Assembly (NCBI RefSeq): GCF_001194135.2
Contig: NC_068981.1
Span: 78,278,045 to 78,342,044 of the forward strand
Direction: 5' to 3'
DNA: 64,000 bases
From: Octopus bimaculoides
Taxonomy: Eukaryota
The first letter of the stretch is position 1. The number at the start of each line of letters is the position of its first letter. The translations under genes and the position numbers were made by a program. This document shows positions 1-14,600 of the stretch, one piece after another. A model generated the notes under the pieces. The model saw nothing but the letters and a program-made list of their open reading frames with translations, was not told the DNA's origin and searched no databases.

Positions 1-63
1 CAGTTTAAATACTCTACACTATGTTTTGAGTATACTCTTCATTGTTCATTTACAGTCTGTAAC

Positions 64-123
<60 letters not shown>

Positions 124-1267
124 TTAGAAGTATATAAAATCAGGTGGTATAGGAAATAAATATATGGCTGGTGAAATAAATATATTCATCTCGTACCTCC
201 TGACTTTTTTCATATATATGTGTGTGCGTGTGTGTGTGTGGCTTAAATATCCTTGCCTCCACTCTGGTTTCACTGTATTTCACCAGACATACTCTCATGT
301 ATACATGCTGATGCACTTCTGAAATGAAAGTTTCTACAATCATCGAAAACTATTGACTGTTTCTCAAGTAGCATTGTATCTACTTTGAGAATTCCTGATT
401 TAAACATAGTTATCTGTTATTTGTGGTAAATTATAGAGAATTTTCTATGTAAAGAGAATTGTTATTCCTCATTACAGCTTCTTTGCATTCAAGTTTTCCT
501 TGTTATTGATGACATCATATGCTGTAGATCAACTCAGTTTTATATCAAGTATTTGATTAGTGCAGATTCCTTGTTCTCATTGTGCGCTTGTTTATTTGCA
601 ATGGTCTACAGATCATGGTTTTAACTGTCTTGCTAACTTACATAAGTGCTTCTATCAAACATTATGAACTGACAAAATAGTATAAAATTTATATCTTATG
701 ATGATTGCTAATCTAGCCGTAACATGCACACAGTTTTTACATTGCTTTATCAAACTAAATGGTCTGTTTTTAGCAAGACTACATGAATTATGTCTTTTAA
801 TGAAAATTCAGCTCTTTTGTTGATGACAGTTCTTCTCATGATTATTCTTTGCAGCAAATAAATAGTTTTTCTGTTTATATATAAATATATCTATTTATTT
901 CTTTATTGTTGTTTATGAAAAGCAATTCTTACTGTAAAGAATCTTTGGAATAATAATTTTATTGAAGCTTGACTAAAAAATGTTTCAAAATTGTTAAAGA
1001 GCTGCTATGCTGAGATAGATGCCAAATATTTATTTTCATCTCAAACATAATAATTATTTTTCACCTTGTTGCATGGCCACACATTTTCACAAAGGGTTTA
1101 GATTTTTATTAATTCACAAACTCTTATTGATCTCAGCAGGATGAAAGGCAAGGTTAAATCTCGCAAAATTAGAAAACTCAGAGTAAAGGCATGAAGCTAA
1201 ATACAGTGAAGTCTTTATATACAAACATAATTTGTTCTAAAGTCCTCTTCATTAACCAAATTATTCC

Positions 1268-1612
1268 TTAATGGGTAAAGACCCCCTTCGGTCATGAATG
1301 ACCATGGAATTGCACCTTGAAAGTTACCCTCTGAGGCACAAGTCTGAGCAAATTTGTTTATGGAAGACCATTAGTCTCTCATGCATACCTGCCTCCCCTC
1401 TGCACACCACCAGTGTTATCCAAGGGAAAGGCAAAAGGCCAATTCAGCTTGGGACCAGTGACGTTGCAACTCATTTCTACAGTTGAGTGAACTGGAGCAA
1501 TGTTTAATAAAGTGTCTTGCTCAAGAATACAACACACAGTCTGTTCTGGGAATCGAATTCATTACCTCATGATTGTTAGCTCAATGCTCTAACCACTGAA
1601 CCATGTGCCTTC
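1268..1612 (-). mobile_element. tRNA-derived SINE (core TTGAGCAAGACACTT family)
   Basis: Minus strand head AGGCACATGGTTCAGTGGTTAGAGC...GAATTCGATTCCC, followed by GTATTCTTGAGCAAGACACTTTA. Related heads at 42985-43105 (+) and 58625-58910 (-). Confidence 0.78.
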
Positions 1613-1759
1613 ACAAATTATTCCTTACACAAGTAACAAAAAGATGGGGGGTAATCCATTCCAAACCTTACCCAAACTTCACATAAAGGCATGACATGGT
1701 GTAATATTTGTCCTACCAGAAATCATCATTATCAAGATTCCTTAACTAATGCAGCCAAT

Positions 1760-2230
1760 CATTGAGGTGCCACTCGAGATGCTTTCATAGTCAGCTGTCA
1801 AAACTGATCTCTATTCTCTGTCCTGCATAGCAGGTTTGCTGTGTTGTGACCTGTCCAGTCCTTGATGTTCTCAAACCAGTATTTTCTGTCTGCCCCTCTT
1901 TCACTCCCACCCCTTCAACTGTGCCCTGGAGAATGGTTTTGGGCAGGGTGTTTTGGTGGGATACATGATCATACCAAGTAAGCTTCCATCTTTCTACCTG
2001 TACAACAAGTGTTTCCTGCCTGCCAGCATATTTGTTGACTTGATGCCTCACAAAACTGTTTGTTTTGTACTCTGTGTATGGGATGTGTAGCAGCCTTCTG
2101 AAACATTTGTACTCAAATGCCTAGATTCTTTACTCCATGTCAGCCGTAAGAGTCCAGCTCTTACACACATACAGAAGGATCAAAATCACCACAGTCTTGT
2201 ATATTCTCTGTCTTTTTGGAAAACTAATCA
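1760..2230 (-). mobile_element. RTE-clade LINE remnant (RT C-terminal region, with stops)
   Basis: Minus frames give YKTVVILILLYVCKSWTLTADME*RI*AFEYKCFRRLL and ERWKLTWYDHVSHQNTLPKTILQGTVEG. Confidence 0.75.
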
Positions 2231-3389
2231 TGAATGCATAAATATATGCTCATGTGTGTGTGTGTGCATGCATTTTCCCTTTCCCTTGCTTTTGTCAATC
2301 CCTGCTTATGTTTATACTCCAAAATATGGAAAGTATTATTTCATATATAACACGAAAATTTCAGGCTACATGAAGAGTGTACATGGGCTTTAATGAATCA
2401 TTTGTATACACTCTCCTGTTCACTTAAATGTGTGTGTGGTTTGTTGTTCAAATTTTTAGCTTGTTGCTCAATATAATTTTCTTCAGAAAACTTCTCACCA
2501 TACAATTTGTTCATTTAGTGTAGCATTCATATTTGTTCCTTCAGCTTTTAATAGTCTACTCATGGTTTTTTCAAATTTCAGCTCACTAAGTGAATGGGCT
2601 TCTGCTCACTTATAACTATGCTTAGTCTGCTCAGGGTATGTTGTTGAAATTTCACCTCACTATGCAAATGGACTCCTACACACTGATATTTATGCTTAGT
2701 AAGTTGGCAAGCGGCCAGAATCATAAGCATGTTGGATGAAATGCTTAGCAGTATTTTGCCCTTCTTTACGTTCTGAGTTCAAATTCCGCTGAGGTTGACT
2801 TCACTTTTAATCTTTTCAGGGTCGATAAATTAAGTACCAGTTGAATGCTGTGGTTGATGTAATCAACTCGCCCCATCCCCACAAATCTCAGGCCTTGTGC
2901 TTATAACAGAAAAGGATATTCATGCTTAGTCTGCTCGTGGTTTACTGATCAAATTTCAGCTTGTTATTTGAGTTTAGTTTTCTTGAGAAGAACTATTTGT
3001 ATATGGATACCTCATGTGTGCTACTCTATAATTTCTACCACTGCACTAAAAAATCATACATCTAGACAAAGTGCACACTGAATGGAGTACCTCTTTCAAC
3101 ACTCATAATGATAAACTGAAAGTGTTGTCCATCTGAAATAAGTGTTATATTTGTTATAGTTTAGAAAATAGCTATGACCTGCAGTGCGCAGTGATTTTCA
3201 TTTAATAATATTGTTGGCAATATTTTCCCTTTGGGCATCGGCTTGATAAATTTTGATAATTCTACTGTTCTCTTTCAAATAATACTGTTGGTATATTGTG
3301 ACAGCAAACTAATAAAATTCTCATCACCAATTTATTACAAAATACCATTATATCATTGTTTGTTGTCATGATTTAAAATGTATATAAAG

Positions 3390-3451
<62 letters not shown>

Positions 3452-3683
3452 CTGTGTGTGTATATGTATGTGTGTATATATATGTATGTATATATATTTA
3501 TATATATATGCGCATATACATACACACACATGCACGTTCATACACAGCAAATAATTTGATATCTTTCAAACTCTATATTTTGTACATTTAATTAACATGC
3601 AGCTTTCATCTTTATTGCATCAACTTGTAAATATACATACACACAAATACACACATATATATGACATGCGTATGTATGTGTGT

Positions 3684-3723
<40 letters not shown>

Positions 3724-3774
3724 CACATATATGTATATATATATTTACATATATACATACATCATGATCATGAT

Positions 3775-3830
<56 letters not shown>

Positions 3831-3936
3831 AGTGGAAGTGTATGAAAATATGTATATTTATTTTTCTAACCATGGTATTGAATTACAGCTTTTATAAAAA
3901 ATTTTTGTACTATGTCTATACTATCATTGTTGTTGG

Positions 3937-3999
<63 letters not shown>

Positions 4000-4833
4000 T
4001 TGCCTCAAATAATTGAGAATATTTTCTATTTTTTTCTTTTTATACATTTTTCTGAAAATTAATGTTACAAAGTGGAAAGCCATCAATAATTTTATATTTT
4101 TATATACCAACATTAGCAAAAATTATAGCCAGCTAATATAGCCAGCCTGCTTGAAGATAAATCACTATAATATGGACTTAGTTTAGAATAAATCAAACAT
4201 ATTACTGATTAACATATTAATGTATTTTCCTTTATTTAATTCTTTTGTTCATCTCAATACTCATTTTTGTATTAATTTCATACCCCTTACCAATGTTGCA
4301 TAATCCTAGCCATTTCTGCAGACATATGCATACATTAGAAGTATTGCAAATATCATATTTTATATTGACATGTGGCTACATGTGGCTATCCATTGCTGCT
4401 GCTGCTGCTGCTGTTGTTTAGCTTCAGCTCAGATTCAGTTGAGCAGGCTTATAATTAAAATTGTTTCATCCATGACTGTCGTATAGATTTTCTCAACCAT
4501 AGTGAACTTACATAGAGACTCTTTTGTTAACATCATTTTGTTGATGAGAATGAATGGTCATCTGAACCAATCCTAGTACATAACATAGCCTATATCAATT
4601 TTCTGAACTCTGAGACAGTAAAAAGTAAACGCATTGACTTTAGTGGGCTTTGAACCATCAGCTAATACATCCGTAGTTTGAATCTGTTCCAAATGTCTTA
4701 TGTTTCCAGTAGAGACATTTATATCAGTTTACTTTGTTTCTCTCTCTATATATATATATGTGTGTGTGTGTGTAAAGGTAAGATCCAAAGTTCACGGTGT
4801 AGGCAGTTAGTAAGCTTCTTGCGNNNNNNNNNN

Positions 4834-4880
<47 letters not shown>

Positions 4881-5267
4881 CGAGAGAGAGCATGAGTACA
4901 GACCAGTAGGCTTCTTAGGAATATTCTTACGGGGATATAGTTATGGCAGACCATATTTATGTAATGCTTAATCTATTAATCTGTTGATGAATCCTTTTCA
5001 TTTTGACCAGGAATTTCTATAGAGACAGTAATATTTTAAACTTATTCAGCACAATCCTAATATAGTCTGTAATTATATATTGTGTCATAACTAAACATTT
5101 AAACATTAATATTACATTAAGTACTGTTTCCTACCGGGTTATATATAAACCTGTTTGATGGATTGTACCTGTAATTCTCATTCAAAATTCCAGAGTTGTC
5201 ACAATTGCCATAATTCTGCTCAAAGATTACATTTTGGGTACATATGTTGCTGGAATAATCAGCCATT

Positions 5268-5479
5268 TTAACCCTTTAGTATTTAAATTATTCTGTTGAG
5301 TATGATGCTTATTTATTCACACTGTTTTGAAATAATCATAGCTTCAAAATTACAATGATGTGTTTATTCTTAGAATGACATTGCAGGATAGGTGTGAAAG
5401 GCTGGATCTAGTTAGTTTAAACATAAATAGGTAGAATAGTTTTGGCTGGATATAGCTGGCTCAAATGTTAAAGGATTAA
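5268..5479. mobile_element. piggyBac-like MITE (TTAA-flanked)
   Basis: TTAA|CCCTTTAG ... TTAAAGGA|TTAA. A second copy of the family lies at ~41340-41556, ending ATGGG|TTAA. Confidence 0.6.
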
Positions 5480-5519
5480 TTTGATTGCAAAATTGAATAC
5501 TTGTCATTAAAACAGCCAG

Positions 5520-5567
<48 letters not shown>

Positions 5568-6032
5568 ATGCGCGTGCATACATATTTGTATATATGTATT
5601 TATTTTTGCTTCCCTTTTCCCACCCACTCAGATAAGTGGGTCTCTCCTCTAAGCTCATTGTTACTTCCTACCTGTATTTACTGTAACCTTCACCATCATT
5701 CAACCCCACCCTGTTTTATCCATAACTTACTGTCCCTCGCACACCCTTGTGACCTTTAACATCCACCCCTATTCTCCCTGTTACTCAATCTTTCCATCAC
5801 TCACCTATCTACTTTTATTCAGCTACTGCATGTAATGAAATTAGAACCTGTTACTACAGACAATTTCTTTTCAAAATTTCTGTAGTCATTCACTATTCCC
5901 TCTCTTCTGAGCTAACCTCAACTGACATCTGTCCATTCATATCATTCCTTGATATTTACTATCAGTCATGCCTTGTTCACCATTCACTTCATTCACCTCC
6001 TATGTACATCTGACCAACTTCACCCTATGCTT

Positions 6033-6065
<33 letters not shown>

Positions 6066-7279
6066 TTGCAACCTTATCTCTATTGAGTTTCCTGTTTCCA
6101 TGTTCTCTTGTATTCACCTTCTTGGACATGTTACCCTGTGGCTATATTCTACCACCCCCATCACTACCACGTTTACCTTTTTTCCTGACACCAATTCAGC
6201 CACCTTCAATGATCCATGTTAAAACAACCTTTGTTAATACAATTATGTAGTTGTTGTTTAACGCCAGTTAAACTACAAAAGTATTGTAGGCATTATTTTA
6301 GGGCTGTGTGTTCTTTCAGAACAGCAGGGCATAATTTCATAGAGATTTGACTGCTATTTCCATAAGGTTGAGTGACCATGATAAGGTTCCCTTGTGACTT
6401 GTCAATTATACAATATTCTTATATTGTTGTGTTCCATATTAAAAGCCTTATAGCAGGTAGTTGTCACTGTACTTCCATAGTTCATCATCATCATTGTTTT
6501 AATATTCATTCTTCCATGTTGCATGGGCCAGACAGAATTCATTAGGGCAGATTTATATAACTGGATACCCTTGTTTCCAACCGATGTAATAGTTCCCTAT
6601 GACCAAATATTTTATCATGGAAACTGAAAGCAAGGGACTCTACTTCTATGACAGTTACACTCATAACTATTACATCCACAGTTAAGTATTAGATTAAATT
6701 AAATCAACTGCACCTAATATTTGTGGCCATTTACTAAACTCACAGATCAATAACTTCACAGCCTTTTGAGGCAGGGAATTAGCAGAAGCAGTTGAATGAA
6801 GTTGAAACAAAGGACAAAAGCAGTGATATCAGCAATAGGAAAAAATAATCTGAGGAAATGTAGTTTCCTTAGTTCTTTCGAAAGATCAGTAGCCACTATA
6901 TACTCCTCGGTACATTTCCCTCTCTTCAAATGTACAGGCCTTGTACCAATGTGAGAAATCAGATATACAATGTCTTCTCCCCCCCCCCCCCCGCTTAGTG
7001 TAGCAAAATAAAAACACCTTTTCCACGTGATAAGATTCCAGATATGTGGTTCTTCAGCTGTTTGAAATAACAGGCAAATCTCCCTCAAACCATATCCCAG
7101 TAGCTTAAAAATATTCAAAGAACACAATATAATGCAGAATTAGTCGCAACAGGATTGCCTTTGATTATATTGTCTGCTTGATTAGGTTTAACCTAGAATC
7201 AAATAGCAACACAAAGCCAATAAAATTCTTTAAGCACAATAAGTTTTAGAATCAAGACAGGGATGAGTTGTGGAATATA

Positions 7280-7483
7280 TATGAAGGGGTACTGAAAAGT
7301 TCCTGGCTTTAAGGGTATTGTAGAAGGCCTGGTTAGTTCTTTTTCAGGATTTAGAAAATCTGAAGGATCACTGCAATAGGTGTGTGAACCTGAGAGGGGA
7401 ATATGTTGAATAAAATCATTATTAACTGATCCTCCTGTATATTCCTTTACCTGAAGCCAAGAACTTTTCAGCATCCACTCATA
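7280..7483 (+). mobile_element. Internally deleted mariner (MITE-sized)
   Basis: TA-flanked TIRs TGAAGGGGTACTGAAAAGTTCCTGGCT / AGCCAAGAACTTTTCAGCATCCACTCA; interior encodes a mariner C-terminus remnant, CNRCVNLRGEYVE*. Confidence 0.8.
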
Positions 7484-8289
7484 GCTTGTTGTTTATCTCC
7501 ATTCTAGCATTCATTGAACAAATTTATGATGAAAAGTCTTCCAGCCATGACCAACGCATCTTTTTGTATATCATTGTTCAGTCAATACTTTTCTGAAAAT
7601 GTAGCTGTACTTGATATGACACATCAAGCTAAGTAAAATCGCTGCCTTCCATACATACAGGCTTGTCCTTTCAGGTGTCAATGCCACTTAAAAAGCGCCC
7701 ATGCCGGTGCTGCATAGACACACCTGTGCTGGTGGAGCATAAAAACCACCCAACACACTCTGCTAAGTGGTTGGCATTGGGAAGAGCATCCAGCTGTAGA
7801 AACCATGTCACAACAAACAGTTAGAGTCTGGATAACTCCCTGCTAGCCAGCTCATGTGAAACCATCCAACCCATGCCAGCATGGAGAGCGGATGTTAAAC
7901 AATGATGATGATGATGATATAGCATGCAATGTAAGATTTGGCTACTTTTTCTTGCAGGTGGGATAACTGTTCATAAGCTGTTTTTTGTCTGTGTAGGTTA
8001 TCACTAATTTACTTACCTTGTCTGGTTTTTCGTTGATGCAGAGTATCGTTTGTTTACTCATTTAGTCTATTTATTCTGGGAAGTTAGAGAGTTTATTACT
8101 GTAGGATATCACTAGATTTTTATCTAGTAAAGGATTACTAGCTTCTCTTCAATTCTGAGTATCACTAGCTTTTTGTCAATGTTGAATATCACACATTAAT
8201 GCAGAGTGTCACTAATTCACACAACTCCTCTAATTTTCGCCAATGAAGAGTATCACTAGTTTACTCACCTTGTACGTTTCTGCTTGGCC

Positions 8290-8377
<88 letters not shown>

Positions 8378-10479
8378 CTCTCTCTCTCTCAATTAAAACA
8401 TTGATAGTTGAGTGACTTTTACCACCAACATCACACACTTCCTGTAACACTATAGAAATCGTTGACTTCTCAGCCATTAGGTTAGTAATTGACTAATTTG
8501 ACCAACCTGTACTTTATATAAGCCTGATTTATAGACTGTTTAAGATGCAATTCTCTAGGATGGTCATTTCAAGCACATGTAGCTATACATTTTCTTTTGC
8601 CAGCATGGAAAACGGTCGCTAAATGATGATGATGAATTACAGTAATTGCTTTCTTTTTTTCTTTGCCAATCTCTATCAAACTTTACTGTCATTCTCCAAA
8701 CCAAGTTTTTATTTTACACTGTTTTCATTACAAACTACCACATATCTTGTTTGCATCCTTTTCTTTTCTTTTTAAGTCTTATGACTCTTTTGCAATTATT
8801 TTTCTGTTATCGTATCCTTGATATTTCTATTTCTAGTCTCATTTAAAAACAAGCTTCTCTTCCTACTATGAATTCATAAGTCTTATCTTTTCTTTATTTC
8901 TGTTGTTTTTTTCTATTTTGTTTTGTTTGTGAAAGTGAAACAGCAAATTGAGAAATATTTTATATTGTGTTAGGAGGTACAGTGCAAAAATAGTCGCAGA
9001 TCTTGAACTTTCAGTCACTAGTTCCTTCTTACAAAACCACACAGTCACTCTGCTTTGTAAGAAGTATTAGTTGCAAATTGTAATAATTAAAACTTGCTTC
9101 TATTAAAAGTGACTGATATGCTCACAGAAACATAGACACATCATACACATAACACTATTTTCTTTTAACAAAGATTCAGTTTTAATTATTAATATACAGA
9201 TACACAGAGAAGAATAGTAAAAGATATATGAGATACAGAACACGAAGTATTGAATTAAATTCAGTCATTTTTGAAAGAAATGTCTGTAGCTTATCAATGT
9301 CATCATTAGCATCGTTATCATTATCTTCATCACCGGTCTTTAATGCCTATTCTTCCATGCTGGCATTGCTTTAGAAGTATATGTTTCCTATATTTGGCAC
9401 CACACCAAATGTAACAAGGTAGGTCAGGTTTGATCAGCTAACAAGTATGGCAACAGTTTGTGTATTAGAGCATGCTTTAGTTGTTAAAATTTAATGTTAA
9501 ATTTCTTTGTACATCTCCTCTTCATTCTATATTGATGTTTCGTTAAAAGAACAACAGAAGTTGTCAGTGACAGAAAGAGTTAAGTGCCAGATTGAATACT
9601 TTCCAGTATTATATTGAAATCCTCTACATTTAAGTTCAAATAATGCTATGTTTGATTTGCCCATTCTTCTCTCTGGGCTTGTTAAAATAAGTAACCGACA
9701 TACACATTATATGTGTGTGTGTGTACATACACATTCTAAAGTAGATTTCTTAACTATATATACTCCAATCATTCATTCATTTAACATTTGTTTTCCTATG
9801 CTGTCATGACTTAGATGGTAATTGATTTTGAGGTGCAATATTACCGTTGCATGCTCTTCCTATCTCCAACCTTTGCATATTTTTTCATATATAGAATTTT
9901 TATATTCCTCAGATCTTTGAAAACATAGAGTGACTATTTATATCAACAAGGAATACTAACATCAGTACTGCTTCACTCTAATTATGACAACCAAATTATC
10001 AACATACATGCACTTACACACATGTGTGTGCATGTACACACATGCATAGTGGATTTAATACAGTTTCCATCTACCAAATTTGTTTACAAGGCTTTAACTA
10101 GCCAGGGGTAATAGCAGAAGACACTTGTCCATGGTTTTTTACTACTACTCCAATCTGATCAGTTCATTATAAATAAACTTGTAGCTTTATGTCAATCAAA
10201 GAAATGAGTGTTATCTATAAAGGTTACATCCAGCTTGTGTGTAAAATTAAGAATAGATTCAGACAATATTTGATAAACTTGGTTACCTGAGAACTTGATG
10301 CCTTTTATCTAAATAATAGTTTGTCTATAAATGGGTTTACTATAATTTTCAAAAGTGAATCTGGAACAATGGGGAGTTGAAACCAGAATCAATGAGAATA
10401 TCATGCAAGGTCTGAAGAACTGCAAGATGTAGGTTGGATATCAAGGAAGAGCTAGTCACCTCTCCTGCCAGCCAGAGGG

Positions 10480-11650
10480 TCTGGGGATTTTTTTTTTTTT
10501 TCTGCAAAAGTTAACATAATTGCATGTTTTCTTCTGATATGAAAGTGATTCCTAGAAAGTGTTGAAATGATACACCTGGGTTTGCAAGATGTATGATTTG
10601 TCTCCATCATTTAGAAGGCTGAGAGTCTGATTTATGGACATAGACAGACAGGGAACAGAAACAAATATACAAAGCAGATATTCTGTTCTTGACAGCTTAT
10701 GCATGTAAAATATTGTCAAATGTAACAGTAGCATTTAAAAATATATTCAACTAAACATACTTTTATTTGAAAATTTTCACAATAAATGCTTTGATTCAAA
10801 AGTGAATCTGGAACAATGGGGAGTTGAAACCAGAATCAATGAGAATATCATGCAAGGTCTGAAGAACTGCAAGATGTAGGTTGGATATCAAGGAAGAGCT
10901 AGTCACCTCTCCTGCCAGCCAGATATCAACAACTGCTTGGAGACAGTTGTGCACAATGTGAGCAGCAAAGCCAATGTCAACAAGATCCTTTCCAAGTTCG
11001 GTTTTAATCAGCTCAATATTTTGTTCATGCCTGTTTATACAGTTGTCTTCTCAAAATCCAACGACTTTTTTTGTCAACCCATAACAGTCAATAACCGATA
11101 CTAAGGCATTTGTCAGTATCTCATCCAAATCAACTGAAATGGCATGCATATCCAAAAATTTGACTTGTACCCTCTGACTTGGAATGTAATATCAAATAAT
11201 AAGTATTATTTCAACATCTTTTCAATTTAAAGCATCCACAGAAATCATCACAAAATTTGTCCCTGCTAGGTCATTAGCAAGCTCAGATTTTGCCATTGGT
11301 GAAATTACATTTAAAATTGTGCTAAACAAAACTTTAGATCTCAAAAAAGTTTTGAGACCAACTTTGGCAAACAGTCAGATGTCTTGAAACTCATTTGATG
11401 AGAAATTGTACAAGAAGTAAAAGTGGTTTCTATAGAGACAAGAAGCTCCAATTCAATTATTTCTGACATTTAAAATAAAATGTATCTAATTGTGATGAAC
11501 AGCAACAAAACACATTTTGTGCCTTTGAGATTTCAAATGATTTATTTGTATCCAATCTGCATTTATGTGCCACAGAGAACTCTGCAGAACAGTGACTGCA
11601 TTTTACCCTGTTAGAAAAGGGTAATCTTTCTTGAGTTGTTTTCATAAATG
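10480..11650 (-). mobile_element. Decayed hAT-superfamily transposase
   Basis: Minus frames give KCSHCSAEFSVAHKCRLD (N-terminal Zn-finger-like), HQMSFKTSDCLPKL, NFVMISVDALN, VQVKI, DIGFAAHIVHNCLQAVVDI (CxxH region, Cys lost) and, after an insertion, KAFIVKIFK. Confidence 0.68.
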
Positions 11651-14600
11651 TTCTTGCTCTTTTTTGACAAGGTAAAAATAAATCAAAATTTTTTCAAAAG
11701 AAATATGGATGAAATTTCAAAGTAAAGTGAAATATGAAATATATATTACAACTGGTTTATTCTCGGATATGCCAACACCAGGGGAAATTTACAGTCACTG
11801 ACATAGCAAGAAAACAGTGATGAATATGTAGATTAAATTGCTTATTTATGAAACAACAAACAAATTCATTGTTACTTAATCCAGAAGTTCATGTACATGT
11901 GTGCACATGAAAGGTGCATGTTTCCATAATTGTGTGTGTGTGTAAGGAAAAGAATTAAGTGTTGTTGTCAAAAATCCAGCAGTTATCTGTGGTTTGGTTA
12001 AGACAGACTAAAAGATAAAAGACAGAAATAAAAAGAGATAACTTGGTTATTTATCAGTAGTTAGCTGTACAGGATCCTCTTGTAACTTTGGTGAATTGTC
12101 TCTGGGACAAATTGAATTGTTGAAGTCCTACAATCTGTCTCTGTTTCTTATGTAAAACAGATGTTATGTAAAGTCTAACATTACCTGTTATTGATATGCA
12201 AATTCTTTCTCTCTATGCTTGTTTCTCTCAACCAATGAAAATTTCTTGTCTTTGCCAACCAGGGACCTTTTTTTTTTTTTTTTGTGCAGTCAAAGGTAGA
12301 GTTCTGAATATTATGGCTTATGCATGTGAATGAAACAAAGGGTTTTAGTTTCAAATCCTGTTTTAGGTTACTGCTACATGTTTCATGAAGTGCTGGGAAG
12401 ATTAATTAATACCTGATGACTTTTCTGACAAACCAGGATGAAAATCATGAGTAAATTTTTTCCAGATTTCAAAAAATCAGAGACATAATTTCAAGCTGAC
12501 TTGGATGCTGGAACAGTGTTAATAAATTGGGAAAGTTCTGTAACCCCACCTATAAAGGCACAACTAATAACATAAATGTATCTTGTACTTGTTTTAATGG
12601 CGAGTATTCTAGTTGATTAATTTTACCACGTACTGTTTGTATTAGTGTAAAAGTGACTGAATATTCTACAACCATATGTGCCCTTATTCACAGGTATGAC
12701 TGTGTAAGAAATTTGCTTTCCACCTACGTGGTTTGGGGTTCAGTCCCACTCTATGACACCTTGGGAAAGTGTCTTCTACTATAGCCCTAGGCCAACCAAA
12801 GTCATGTAAATGGGTTTATTTGATGGAAACTGAAAGCAGCTTGTGGTGTGTATATAGATGTATGTGTGTGTTTGTTCGTCCTCCACCACCATTTGACAGC
12901 TGGTGTTGGTTTTTTTTTACATATCCATAACTTAGCAGTCAGGCAAAAAAAGACCAAAAGAATAAGTACCCAGCTATAAAAAAAAAATATGTACTGGGGT
13001 GGATTTATTCAGCCAAACACTTAAAGACGGTCCCCAGCTTGTCCACAGTCTAATGACTAAACAAGTAAACCATAAAAGATAAATCAGGATAAAAAATATG
13101 AATCCTGGCTGGACCTTTGAATTACAGGGACAATCTATTTAACAGTTTCTCACTACACAGTTTTATACTCATGTCTTGGCTTGATTGGAGTCTATGCCCA
13201 AAACGTCACATAGTGCAAACTTAAGACCTCACAGTTATAAAGTAAACTGCTAATATATTCTAACATATCAACCTTCTATATCAACCATACATATCAACCA
13301 TACTGCCCTTTTTTCTGTTGTTGTTTAAGGCTATATTCTCAAACTCAAAATTTTACACATCAGTCTCCAACGGGCAACACTACTTGCTATTTGGTTCATT
13401 GAGAAAACACTTCACAGCTAAGAATGCATGTGTAGGATTAGTTTAATATTGAATAGTCTGTTTCACATCAGTCTTCACAAACATGCTCATAGCCATATGT
13501 AATATGAATTCAAGACAAGGTTAACAAAGATTATTATGAGCTCAAGTCTATGGTCGAACATTCCAGTATGATATTATGCATATTCTTGATAGCTAGCTGC
13601 AACTTAGGCAGCTAACTATTGTGCAATGCAGTGAAATATTAACAGGCTTGAACTCTTGGTTGATCAAGTATCTACAATACTTTATCCTCCAATACATCAT
13701 CTTCCTTCTCCCATCATTTTAACCATTTAACATCTTTTTAGATACGAGTGTGACAAAAATGAACATTTATTATCATGAAAAAATATAATAAAATAATGAT
13801 AGTCATTGAGTAAGTCTTACTTTTTGCTCTCTTGTATTCTTCAATGGCTCATTTGGAAGTGATTTTTATATTGGCAGTGAAGAGTTTATAATTCACCAGC
13901 ATACATAATTACTATCACATATTTTTATATGATTCTGCTAATTACTCACTTTCCCACATATATTGACATATATACACATGCACATTTACTGCTATATCTA
14001 CATTTTTATGCAAGTGACCATGATATATTAGTGCATTAGGTTTTATTGTTAAGATGTTCCAATAAAACATTACCAGTTAAGCTTCATTCACTGCAGTACT
14101 GGTTTGGTGATACATGCAAGGAAAGTAGAACAAATCAACTAGACTAGATTTACAATCTATTTCCCTACATCGTCTCCCCAGATCACATAGTTCTGGGAAA
14201 ATTTTACGCCATGGTTAACTCAGCCTTTTATCTTAGCATGGTTAATTTAAATAAAATGTACAAATACTATCTTCTGATCCAATCTCTTATAACCCTCATA
14301 AAATGGTAATGAAACTAAGAGAAAATATCTTAATTCAGATGAATATTATAAATTCTCATACCATTCTGTAATTTGTGCATGTATAGATAGATGTTCTGTT
14401 GTTTTTGTTCTCTATTTAATTCCTCAGTCAATATTAAATATCACTAGACATTACAGAGCTTTTATAGACAAGCTTTAGAGAGAAAATAAATTTATTTTCT
14501 CTGCATTTTGTTCTTTTAAAGTAGCTGATATTACTATTATTGTTAATGAGCATAACAATTTCCCATATTCACTCTCCTTCTATGAATCCCTGGTTACATG

